Assembly (NCBI GenBank): GCA_963766075.1
Contig: CAVYAN010000075.1
Location: forward strand, 23,268-87,267
Length of the DNA: 64,000 nucleotides
From: an uncultured cyanobacterium
GTDB taxonomy: Bacteria; Cyanobacteriota; Cyanobacteriia; Leptolyngbyales; Leptolyngbyaceae
Reading direction: 5' to 3'
The stretch's first letter is position 1, and the number at the start of each line of letters is the position of its first letter. The position numbers and the translations under genes were made by a program. This document shows, in pieces, positions 39,712-48,873 of the stretch. The notes under the pieces are model-generated. The model had not been told where the DNA came from, made no database searches, and saw nothing but the letters and a program-made list of their open reading frames with translations.

Positions 39712-42294
39712 TCACGCTACCCTCTGGGTCGGATGCAGCCGCTCCATGCCCCCCAGCCCGAACAACCACACCAGCACCACCAACCAATGGATCCCGACAA
39801 TCAGCAGGAGCGAACCGGTCAGGCCATAGGTGATGGTGCAGGTGACTCCCAGCAATGCCGTCAGACTGAGAAAGCGCCGATCGCAAAAGGTCGGATTCCC
39901 CCGTTTATAGAATATCTTGGCATTTAAGGGATGATAGATCACAAACAGGATGAGGCCAGAAACCGCCCACAGGCCCCACATTTGCCACGTTGCGGCTTGG
40001 GGATAGGGCAACCACAGCACGCGAAACACAAATTCTTCCACCAAGGCAGGCATAAATAAGAGCCTGAGTCCAGTGTGGAAATAATTGCGACGCGGGGCTT
40101 TCCAGACCTGACGGGACAAAAAGCCTTGGGAGAAGCCAAGGGGCACTGCGATCGCGCCATAAATCAGCAATGCCGTGATTGCCATCAACCAGTCACTCGC
40201 AGCAGGCAGGTTAATGGCACCCAAAATCCGGGTGAGGATGACGGCAATGACAGCGATCGGGGTGCCGGGAATGGCCCAGCGCCCAAAAGCCTTGGTGGGA
40301 GCAATAGGAAAAATATCCGGATTGTGGCCGCCGACTTGATTGGTGCGGAGGAACCACAGCTTGGCCCCATGGCGCAAAAACATGATGCTGAGTTCATCCT
40401 GGGTTTGGCGCGGCAAAATTGTCCGCCAACTCGTCAGCGCTGCCAAAAGATTTTCGGTCCCTTTCGCGCTGGTGCGCCGGAAGGTGCGATCGCGAATTTC
40501 CGTGCCCGAGAGGGCATCACTGTTGGATTTCCAGTCCTCCCGCACAATGCCCAGGGGCATGAGTTGCTTTTCCACTTCATCGCCCAACTGGATCAAGTGG
40601 TGAAATCGTTCCGTTGTTGGGTCCTGGGGATGGGCCGCGAGCCAATCCTGAATGGCGGGACTATTAGCCACCCGACGGCGGACCTGTTGCACCGTGGCAA
40701 ATAGGGCCTGATTGGAATCCTGGACACAGGAGGTCGCAGGGGTGACCACTGCTGCGCCACTGCCATCGCCTATGCGGTAGCGGGCATTGATGATTTGCAG
40801 TTGGCGGCTGAATTCTTGCAGGGGGGAAATGCGATCGCCACCAAAATCATAGTCGTCAATAATATCCAGCTTCACCAGCACATCCGCCACGGGGCGGGTA
40901 TACAGCCACCCTCGCCGCAGATCGCCCATGTAAGCCGTCCAGTCGTTGGTGCCGGAGATAAATCCTTCGACGTTGGTCGCATAGACCTGCTGATAGCGAA
41001 TATTCCATTCCAATTGCTGAGTCAAAGGCTCCCGCATGACCGTGGCTAAGCCATAGGAAAAGTGTCCCGTAACGGTGCCAAAGGCGGGGGCTTCGCCAGA
41101 CTTGCCGCCCCGCCCGCCAAACAGGTGCATGACCAAGGCCCGCTGACCCTCCGGCCACTGGGTCTGCCAATCGGCCTGTTGTGGGGCGATCGCCCCATCG
41201 TCTGGGTTGGCGGTGGTATTGGTTTTTTCGGGCGGATCCGCAGGGGAATCCGTGGGATCGATCAATACGGTTTTCAGCGTACCTGCCAGTTTTTCGGTAT
41301 TGCGCCAGTTTTCGTAGTTGATGTAATCCAGGCCCTTGGCCTCATCCCGCAGGATTTCCTGGGGACGCAGTTGCACCAGGGCGCGGGGTTTCAGCGCTTG
41401 CACGGTGAAGACTCCCGATTTATCCGGGGCTCCATAGATGTACCACCCGGCGGTCCCCACGGGCGACTTGTCTAAATCGCGGGACGTGGAGACAAACACG
41501 CCAATACCATCGCGGGGCTGCTGGGGCACGCGAATGGTTTCGACGGGGCCGTCAAACTGGCCCGTCGCGGCGCGGTAATGCTGCACCTGGAATAATTCGC
41601 TGGGGCAGGGCGTGGGACCGGGGCAGTCCGGTGGGATTAACGCCGAGTTCTGGGTGGGGACGGTGGCCATGATGTTGACCAGTCCATAAAACCGCCCCGT
41701 GGCCAGGATGGGGTCCGTCTCGATTTGGACTCGGGGGCTAGTCCCGGGCTGCTGGATCACGTTTGCTGTGTCTAGGATGATCGTCACATCATCCACGGGG
41801 TGTGCTCCAGCCAGGGATTGGAGCGGGCCGACCTGCGATCGCCCGTTTAAGCGATCGGGGTGCAAATTGCCTTTCTGCTGACTGGTGGTTATGGCGTCGG
41901 TAAATTTCACATCGCGGGTGACGGCAGCCACATACTGCCGGATTGCCGGATCGGGGCTCCACTCCAACCGCAGCCGTTGCCCGATTAAATCGCGATCGGG
42001 AGCGTGGTAAACCTCTAACCACACCCAATCGTCCGGATCGGCCTGCGACGGGGGCGGGGGCAGAATCAGTCGGCCTACCCAGGCTCCGGTGGGCCGATAG
42101 CGATCGCGGGGCGGGGTTTGCTGCGGGGGATAGTGGCCGATCTGATTAAAGCTGGCCCGCTGGGTGATGGTGTATTGTGCCTCGAAGGCGGGGGTGGCGA
42201 TCGCCGTCAGGAGGACGCAGCTCAGGATGAAGCAGCTCCGCCATATCCAGCGAATGTAGCGGTGGCTCCCGAGCCAGTGTAAGCCTTGCTTCAT
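39712..42294 (-). CDS. CPBP (CAAX/Abi) intramembrane metalloprotease fused to a large soluble N-terminal region
   Basis: C-terminal PALVEEFVFR, FVIYHP and IHW in TM helices; about 650 aa soluble region after an N-terminal hydrophobic segment. Confidence 0.85.
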   Translation of the reverse strand: MKQGLHWLGSHRYIRWIWRSCFILSCVLLTAIATPAFEAQYTITQRASFNQIGHYPPQQTPPRDRYRPTGAWVGRLILPPPPSQADPDDWVWLEVYHAPDRDLIGQRLRLEWSPDPAIRQYVAAVTRDVKFTDAITTSQQKGNLHPDRLNGRSQVGPLQSLAGAHPVDDVTIILDTANVIQQPGTSPRVQIETDPILATGRFYGLVNIMATVPTQNSALIPPDCPGPTPCPSELFQVQHYRAATGQFDGPVETIRVPQQPRDGIGVFVSTSRDLDKSPVGTAGWYIYGAPDKSGVFTVQALKPRALVQLRPQEILRDEAKGLDYINYENWRNTEKLAGTLKTVLIDPTDSPADPPEKTNTTANPDDGAIAPQQADWQTQWPEGQRALVMHLFGGRGGKSGEAPAFGTVTGHFSYGLATVMREPLTQQLEWNIRYQQVYATNVEGFISGTNDWTAYMGDLRRGWLYTRPVADVLVKLDIIDDYDFGGDRISPLQEFSRQLQIINARYRIGDGSGAAVVTPATSCVQDSNQALFATVQQVRRRVANSPAIQDWLAAHPQDPTTERFHHLIQLGDEVEKQLMPLGIVREDWKSNSDALSGTEIRDRTFRRTSAKGTENLLAALTSWRTILPRQTQDELSIMFLRHGAKLWFLRTNQVGGHNPDIFPIAPTKAFGRWAIPGTPIAVIAVILTRILGAINLPAASDWLMAITALLIYGAIAVPLGFSQGFLSRQVWKAPRRNYFHTGLRLLFMPALVEEFVFRVLWLPYPQAATWQMWGLWAVSGLILFVIYHPLNAKIFYKRGNPTFCDRRFLSLTALLGVTCTITYGLTGSLLLIVGIHWLVVLVWLFGLGGMERLHPTQRVA

Positions 42295-42351
42295 GGTGCG
42301 TCAATTCCGTGCGATCGTCTATCACGGTAACATCTGCGGCCATGACCTTGG

Positions 42352-43491
42352 TTAACGCTTGACTCCACAAAATGCTATCCAACTCGTCGTGGTATTCCCT
42401 TGCTGAGCGGCATAGTATCCGGGTACGGAATGTATCTGAAACGCCTCTGGCGCAAACCCGGCCTCTAGGGCGTAGGTGGGAAAATCCTCGAATTTTGACG
42501 ACGCTAGGTAAGGTTCTGAATTGGCCCAGACCTCGGTATCGCGGAAATATCGAGCCACTAGCGTGGCAGGCTGAAGAAATAATTTGCTCTCCAAATGCAC
42601 CATAATTCCTCCGGGCTTCAGCAGGCGATAGCTTTCAGCAAAGACGCGCTGCCGCGACACCCCTGGAATTTCGTGCAACAGAATATGGCTTACCACTAAA
42701 TCAAAGGACTGATCGGCAAATTCAGTCCGCTCAGCATTTTGTTGGGCGAAATATAGGGTTTGGCCGAGCACTCTGGCCCGAGCCATCGCATATCGCAACA
42801 ACGACGCGCCTAAATCAACCCCCCATACTTGAGCATGGGGATAGGCCGATGTGTAGGGCAAGGTGCTGTGACCCACGGAACATCCTAAATCCAAAATGGT
42901 CTGGGGCTGAAAATCGGGGTAGTGCTGGGCTAAGACATGGTGAATCAAGGTCTGGCCAAGTTCATCGTTGAGGGGGCCGAACCATCCCCGTCCGTACAGA
43001 AAAACCCCATGGTCATAGAGCGCCCCCGTCCCAAAACTATCCGTTTCAAGATCTTGAAGATAGCCCCCCGGCATTCTGTGGATGTGGGTCTTCAATTGGT
43101 GTGAGGGCATGTCCAGCTCTGGATTTAGCTCCAGTCCGCCTTGGCCTGACTGCTGGGATTGATAGACGGCTTCAAGCCGTTGGTGATCCGCGTTGATGTC
43201 TGTCAATACCTTGGCCCACAGCCGATCTTGAAGCACACCGCGCCGATGGTGCACCTCCTTGACCTCGGGATACCGATCGAGAACGGGACGGACCTTGAGG
43301 TATAGGTTGTCCGGATTGGTGTCCTTGGGATAGGCGGCGGCAATTTCATCTGTTTTTTGCTGAAACAGTTGAAACATGGAGAGCCAAGCGGCTTGCATGG
43401 CACGGGCAAGCTCCAAGTCGCCTTCAGGAGCCTGGGCCTGGGGAATCAAGTCATGCTGGTGCTGCGGAAACAGAAAAACTGGCTTGTTCAT
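42352..43491 (-). CDS. Class I SAM-dependent methyltransferase
   Basis: ILDLGCSVGHST, FDLVVSHILLHE, RLLKPGG, IHRMPGGY. Confidence 0.9.
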   Translation of the reverse strand: MNKPVFLFPQHQHDLIPQAQAPEGDLELARAMQAAWLSMFQLFQQKTDEIAAAYPKDTNPDNLYLKVRPVLDRYPEVKEVHHRRGVLQDRLWAKVLTDINADHQRLEAVYQSQQSGQGGLELNPELDMPSHQLKTHIHRMPGGYLQDLETDSFGTGALYDHGVFLYGRGWFGPLNDELGQTLIHHVLAQHYPDFQPQTILDLGCSVGHSTLPYTSAYPHAQVWGVDLGASLLRYAMARARVLGQTLYFAQQNAERTEFADQSFDLVVSHILLHEIPGVSRQRVFAESYRLLKPGGIMVHLESKLFLQPATLVARYFRDTEVWANSEPYLASSKFEDFPTYALEAGFAPEAFQIHSVPGYYAAQQGNTTTSWIAFCGVKR

Positions 43492-43771
43492 TGTTCCTAC
43501 CCACCAATACTCCGTATGCCTGAAGTGATTCTGGCACTTCTGCCAACTCGCTTGATTGCGCCACGGCAACAGTATAGCGTTTCAAGTTTCGCGATGCTTG
43601 GCCTGAACGAGCGGAGCCGCGATCGCACCCAACCGTGCAAACCCCCGTCTGGCGAATGGTCTGAAACAGCCGATTCTGCAACCAGCAGGATTGTGTTTCG
43701 TATCAGCCCGCTCCAGAATGCAATATTGAGCGAGCGCACGTACAATAGTGACGCTACCTAGGAGATTGACT

Positions 43772-43984
43772 ATGTTCATGGATGAACTGATGCCCCTGCT
43801 TAAGGAACTGACCCAGCAACCCATCGCCTTTCTGGGAGGCTTTGTGTCTGGAGCGCTACGGCTCCAATTAACCGACGATCCCGTCAAAACCTGGCTCGAT
43901 CAACAGGCTGGGACGGCGGCGGTTGCCCCCGATCACCAGAGCAACGGCAATGGCAGCGGTCCCCAATCGATCTCGATTGATTAG
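43772..43984 (+). CDS. Conserved small cyanobacterial/plastid protein (UPF0426-like)
   Basis: QPIAFLGGFVSGALRL..DDPVKTWL..GPQSISID; AGGAG ribosome site. Confidence 0.75.
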   Translation: MFMDELMPLLKELTQQPIAFLGGFVSGALRLQLTDDPVKTWLDQQAGTAAVAPDHQSNGNGSGPQSISID

Positions 43985-44130
43985 GCTGACTATTCAGCTC
44001 AGTGCTGGCACGCGGCCCATAATCTCTTCGACAACACCGCAAATTGGTCCGGATCTATGGCAATCTGAAGGAAGCTCATGGCCTGTGAAGCTGAGCGATT
44101 GTCCTTGCTGTAGAAACTCCACCAAGCAGT

Positions 44131-45348
44131 ATGCAAACTCTTTCTAGTCCGCCCCAGGTTGCCTCCGCCGCCAGCACTGACACCACCATCGTTCGTCGCA
44201 AAACCCGTCCTGTGCCCGTGGGCAGTATTACGATTGGCGGAGGGTACCCGGTGGCGGTACAGTCAATGATTAACGAAGACACGCTGGATATTGCTGGGTC
44301 GGTGGCGGCCATTCGGCGGCTCCACGAGATTGGTTGCGAAATTGTGCGGGTGACGGTGCCGAGTATTGCCCATGCCAAAGCGATGGAAGAAATTCGCGAT
44401 CGCCTCCTGAAAACCTACATGCCCGTTCCCTTGGTAGCCGACGTGCACCACAATGGCATGAAAATTGCTCTGGAAGTAGCGCAGTACGTGGATAACGTGC
44501 GGATTAATCCGGGTTTGTACGTGTTTGAAAAGGCCGACCCCGATCGCACGGAATACACCACAGCCGAGTTTGATGCGATCGGCGAAAAGATCCGGGAAAC
44601 CCTTGCTCCCCTCGTGATTTCCCTACGGGATCAGAATAAATCTATGCGGATTGGCGTCAACCACGGCTCCTTGGCCGAACGGATGCTGTTCACCTACGGC
44701 GATACCCCAGAAGGCATGGTGGAATCGGCCCTGGAATTCATCCGCATTTGTGAATCCCTCGATTTCTACAACATTGAAATTTCGCTGAAAGCCTCTCGGG
44801 TGCCCGTGATGATTGCCGCAAACCGCCTGATGGTGCAGCGCATGGATGCTCTAGGGATGGACTATCCCCTGCACTTGGGCGTCACGGAAGCAGGCGATGG
44901 CGAATACGGACGGATTAAGTCCACGGCGGGCATTGGAACCTTACTGGCAGAGGGCATTGGCGATACGATTCGCGTCTCCCTGACCGAAGCGCCGGAAAAG
45001 GAGATTCCCGTGTGCTACGGCATTCTGCAAGCGCTGGGGTTACGCCGGACCATGGTGGAATACGTGGCCTGTCCGTCCTGTGGCCGCACGCTCTTTAATC
45101 TGGAAGAGGTCCTGCACAAGGTTCGGGAAGCCACTAGTCACCTCACCGGGTTGAACATTGCGGTGATGGGCTGTATCGTCAACGGTCCCGGTGAAATGGC
45201 CGATGCCGACTATGGCTATGTGGGCAAAACCCCAGGCTTCATTTCACTCTATCGTGGGCGCGATGAAATCAAAAAAGTTCCAGAGGACCAAGGCGTCATC
45301 GAATTAATTAATTTGATCAAATCGGATGACTGCTGGGTTGATCCCTAG
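44131..45348 (+). CDS. ispG: (E)-4-hydroxy-3-methylbut-2-enyl-diphosphate synthase
   Basis: [50 protein letters not shown]. Confidence 0.97.
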   Translation: MQTLSSPPQVASAASTDTTIVRRKTRPVPVGSITIGGGYPVAVQSMINEDTLDIAGSVAAIRRLHEIGCEIVRVTVPSIAHAKAMEEIRDRLLKTYMPVPLVADVHHNGMKIALEVAQYVDNVRINPGLYVFEKADPDRTEYTTAEFDAIGEKIRETLAPLVISLRDQNKSMRIGVNHGSLAERMLFTYGDTPEGMVESALEFIRICESLDFYNIEISLKASRVPVMIAANRLMVQRMDALGMDYPLHLGVTEAGDGEYGRIKSTAGIGTLLAEGIGDTIRVSLTEAPEKEIPVCYGILQALGLRRTMVEYVACPSCGRTLFNLEEVLHKVREATSHLTGLNIAVMGCIVNGPGEMADADYGYVGKTPGFISLYRGRDEIKKVPEDQGVIELINLIKSDDCWVDP

Positions 45349-45389
45349 AAAGCGATCGCCCGTCTAATGATTCTTAAACCCCGATCACC

Positions 45390-45725
45390 CTAGGATCGCA
45401 ACCACGACTCAGCCTGCTGACGGTGCTTTCCCGTCATGAAAGCGGCCATAGCGGCCACCGTGGCCGCTATGATTCCGGCATCGTCAGCGTAACCGATGGC
45501 GGGGATGGTATCCACAACGACATCAAATACATTCAGAAAATAGGCCAAGGCCGAGGCGATCGCCCCCTTGGCCCATAGAGGCGTGTCCCCATCCACCATG
45601 CAAAAGTACAGCGCTACCGCGTCACGAATCCAGGGGACATAGCTGCCCACCTGGCGGACAGCCTTGAAAAAGCCATCGATTGAAAAACCCTTCACCGAAA
45701 AACTATTCATCGAAAAATTCTCCAC
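45390..45725 (-). CDS. YkvA / DUF1232 family membrane protein
   Basis: TPLWAKGAIASALAYFL..DVVVDTIPAIGYADD. Start uncertain. Confidence 0.85.
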   Translation of the reverse strand: MENFSMNSFSVKGFSIDGFFKAVRQVGSYVPWIRDAVALYFCMVDGDTPLWAKGAIASALAYFLNVFDVVVDTIPAIGYADDAGIIAATVAAMAAFMTGKHRQQAESWLRS

Positions 45726-45834
45726 AGCTTTCTAGGATTGGCTCTTTAGCATTCATTGGCTCTTTAGCATTGGTCTTTAGCATCCATTGGACTGGGCGAA
45801 GGGCTGCCCATCAAGGGCCTCATCGCTCGTAGCA

Positions 45835-46377
45835 TTATCCAGTAGCATTATCCAAGAGTGCGATCGCCTCTTCGCACCAGGCCAACCAACCGGTCTCAAA
45901 GCGAATCCCATTGCGCAAGGTCAGGTAGTGAAATTGTACCGGAATTGGCAAGGTGTGGGGATTGGCAAAGAAGCGTTGCTCAATCTGCTGATACTCTGTC
46001 AGGCGGTTTTGGTGTTGGACCTGATGCCGCTGGAGTTCCGCCAGAAATATTTCTCGGGGCACCGTGTAGCCCGCAAAGACCTTAACGAGTAAATCATCCC
46101 GCAGCACGGCCATCTCGCTCGGTGCCGCAATCCAGGCTTGCAGATGGGCTGCCCCCGTCGATGTGACGTGATACACCTTTTTATCGGGCCGACTGGCCTG
46201 CTGGATCGTCTCGGCTTGAATCCAGCCCAACTCCTCCAGCTTACTTAACTCCCGATAAATTTGCTGAAAACTGGCGTGCCAAAAGAAGCCGACAGAACCC
46301 GCAAACTGTTTTCGGAGGTCGTAGCCACTGCACGGTTGATGCAGCAACGACGCCAAAATTGCATGGGATAACGCCAT
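45835..46377 (-). CDS. PadR family transcriptional regulator (AphA-like C-terminus)
   Basis: LSHAILASL, SGYDL, FWHASFQQIYRELSKLE, RPDKKVYHVT, LRNGIRFE..WLAWC. Confidence 0.94.
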   Translation of the reverse strand: MALSHAILASLLHQPCSGYDLRKQFAGSVGFFWHASFQQIYRELSKLEELGWIQAETIQQASRPDKKVYHVTSTGAAHLQAWIAAPSEMAVLRDDLLVKVFAGYTVPREIFLAELQRHQVQHQNRLTEYQQIEQRFFANPHTLPIPVQFHYLTLRNGIRFETGWLAWCEEAIALLDNATG

Positions 46378-46517
46378 AAAGTCCAGAAAATTGCCCGATC
46401 AACTCATCACGGCCTGCCACTCGGCCTGCTGTCAGCCTAATGATTGACGTGCTTGCATTAAGACTGCCCCTCAGACCGACTGAGACTTTGTTTGTCCATG
46501 GTATCGCACAGTTCACC

Positions 46518-46584
46518 ATAATCAACTAGTTGACTATGGCTGATTTTTATGTTCAACTAATTGAATAGTCAATTAAGTGACTAT
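46518..46584. promoter_or_regulatory. Three palindromic operators, consensus ATAGTCAA-n4-TTGACTAT
   Basis: ATAATCAACTAGTTGACTAT (46518-46537), TTCAACTAATTGAA (46552-46565), ATAGTCAATTAAGTGACTAT (46565-46584). Confidence 0.75.
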
Positions 46585-46620
46585 AAGCAGTACCCAAGGC
46601 CCTTTGGGCAGGAGTTATGG

Positions 46621-47022
46621 ATGATGAAAAATTATTTTGGCTACCAAATCGATCTCCCCGAGAACCCAGAAGCCGTGGTGTTTATCAATGGGTTTATGGC
46701 CCGCGATCGGGCTGGTTTCCTGTGGATGTGGAAAAATCTGTTTTGGATTCGGAATACCACGGCCCAGGCTACTGGCTGTGTGCAGGTCAAGGCGGGAATT
46801 TGTGGTCCCAGCGAAGTGATTATGACCAGCTACTGGCGGGATGCCGCGCACCTAAGGGAATTCTTTCGGGGGGAAGCGCACCGTCAGATGATGCAATTTA
46901 TCGCCAAGCATCCCCACAGTCTGTGTCTATACAACGAGACCTACTCCCCTGCACGCAGTGGTAAATACACCCATGAGCCCCAGGGAATGGCCAGCATTTA
47001 TGCTCGTATAGAAGCGCCGTAA
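46621..47022 (+). CDS. DUF4188 / monooxygenase-like (dimeric alpha-beta barrel) protein
   Basis: VVFINGF, SYWRDAAHLREF..HRQMM, LYNETY, PQGMA; AGGAG ribosome site. Confidence 0.65.
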   Translation: MMKNYFGYQIDLPENPEAVVFINGFMARDRAGFLWMWKNLFWIRNTTAQATGCVQVKAGICGPSEVIMTSYWRDAAHLREFFRGEAHRQMMQFIAKHPHSLCLYNETYSPARSGKYTHEPQGMASIYARIEAP

Positions 47023-47122
47023 AGCCTCTTAGCAGACCCATGGAACTTCGGTTCTTCCAGCCATTGCGAGATCTACGTTACACTCAGGGGCAGAATTCTT
47101 TCTTCTCCCTTTCTTTGTAGTT

Positions 47123-48511
47123 ATGGCCCACCGTATTGCCGATTTACTCCGCTCCGGACAACCCCAAGACACGGTTACGATTCAGGGCTGGGTCCGTACT
47201 AAACGCGAACAAAAAGCGTTTAGCTTCGTAGAAGTGAATGATGGCTCGGCCCTGGCGGGGTTGCAGGTGGTGATCGGACAGGAGGTGCCGGGATATGCCG
47301 AGAGTCTGAAGCAGATTAGCACGGGGGCTTCCGTAGAGATTGTTGGTACTCTGGTGGATTCTCCGGCCAAGGGCCAGCGGATTGAGCTGAAAGCCAGTCA
47401 GATTACCGTCTATGGGGAAGCGGATCCAGAAACCTATCCTCTCCAAAAAAAGCGCCACTCCTTTGAATTTTTGCGGGAGATTGGGCATTTGCGCGGACGC
47501 ACCAATACCTTGGGGGCGGTGTTTCGGGTCCGTAATGCCTGTTCTGCGGCAATTCATCAGTTTTTTCAGGAGCGGGGGTTTTTATGGGTGCATACGCCGA
47601 TTATTAGCGCCAGCGACTGCGAGGGGGCGGGAGAAATGTTTACTGTGACCAATTTGGATCTGAATAAATTGCCCTTGAATGCGCAGCAACAGGTGGATTT
47701 TAGTCAGGATTTTTTTGGTAAATCGGCTTACCTTACGGTGAGTGGCCAGCTTGAAGCCGAGATTATGGCCATGGCATTTTCTAACGTCTATACCTTTGGA
47801 CCAACTTTTCGGGCTGAAAATTCCAATACCTCTCGCCATTTGGCGGAGTTTTGGATGGTGGAACCGGAGATGGCGTTTTGTGATTTGGAAGGCGACATGG
47901 ATTTGGCGGAGGCATTTCTAAAGTTTGTGTTTGCCCATGTCCTGAAGCATTGTCCAGAGGATATAGAATTTTTTAACCAGCGAATTGATAGTTCGGTACT
48001 GGCAACGGCTGAAAATATTATCCATAATCAGTTTGCGCGGGTGACCTACACTGAGGCGATCGCGCTCTTAGAAAAATCCAACAAATCCTTTGAGTATCCG
48101 GTTTCTTGGGGGCTGGATTTACAGTCGGAACATGAACGCTATCTGGCGGAGGAGTATTTCCAAAAGCCCACAATTGTCACAGACTATCCGGCACAGATCA
48201 AAGCCTTTTACATGCGGATGAACGATGACGGCAAAACTGTGCGGGCGATGGATATTCTTGCCCCCAAAATTGGCGAAATTATTGGCGGTTCTCAGCGGGA
48301 AGAGCGGTTAGATGTTTTGCAGGAACGTATCATTGCCCAGGGACTGGATCCCCAGGCGTATTGGTGGTACTTGGATTTACGTCGCTATGGCACAGTCCCC
48401 CATGCGGGTTTTGGGCTGGGGTTTGAGCGACTGGTGCAGTTTATGACGGGCATGGCTAACATTCGGGATGTGATTCCGTTTCCGCGTGCGCCGCTGGATG
48501 TGGAGTTTTAG
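47123..48511 (+). CDS. asnS: Asparagine--tRNA ligase
   Basis: [52 protein letters not shown]. Confidence 0.98.
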   Translation: MAHRIADLLRSGQPQDTVTIQGWVRTKREQKAFSFVEVNDGSALAGLQVVIGQEVPGYAESLKQISTGASVEIVGTLVDSPAKGQRIELKASQITVYGEADPETYPLQKKRHSFEFLREIGHLRGRTNTLGAVFRVRNACSAAIHQFFQERGFLWVHTPIISASDCEGAGEMFTVTNLDLNKLPLNAQQQVDFSQDFFGKSAYLTVSGQLEAEIMAMAFSNVYTFGPTFRAENSNTSRHLAEFWMVEPEMAFCDLEGDMDLAEAFLKFVFAHVLKHCPEDIEFFNQRIDSSVLATAENIIHNQFARVTYTEAIALLEKSNKSFEYPVSWGLDLQSEHERYLAEEYFQKPTIVTDYPAQIKAFYMRMNDDGKTVRAMDILAPKIGEIIGGSQREERLDVLQERIIAQGLDPQAYWWYLDLRRYGTVPHAGFGLGFERLVQFMTGMANIRDVIPFPRAPLDVEF

Positions 48512-48635
48512 AGTTGGATTGGGTGCGGGTGGGATTGGGTTCGGGGGATTGTCAGCGATTGTCTGAAGAGCGATCGCTTGGAGAGCGTTTGATTTGGAGA
48601 GCGTTTGATACAGACGCACATGAATCCTGAAAAGA

Positions 48636-48749
48636 TTATTGGGAAATAAATCCGGCCAACAGCAGGGGCACTAGCAGCGCCAGCGCAATAATCAGCGCCA
48701 TCGTGCCGGGTTCGATTTTGATGATGTTCTTTTTGTCAGCGTCGCGCAT
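48636..48749 (-). CDS. Small single-TM protein (37 aa), absent from the ORF track
   Basis: MRDADKKNIIKIEPGTMALIIALALLVPLLLAGFISQ*, preceded by AGGAGG; downstream of the GGDEF/EAL gene on the same strand. Confidence 0.75.
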   Translation of the reverse strand: MRDADKKNIIKIEPGTMALIIALALLVPLLLAGFISQ

Positions 48750-48873
48750 ACCCACCTCCTACCATCCCATATCCTTACATTTTAGTAGACCACTCATGGT
48801 GCGGTGGTGAGCGTAACAAAAAGATGGGTCGAGGGCCAATACAGGTTAGGCGGGCCAGAGGTTGCCGATTGGG

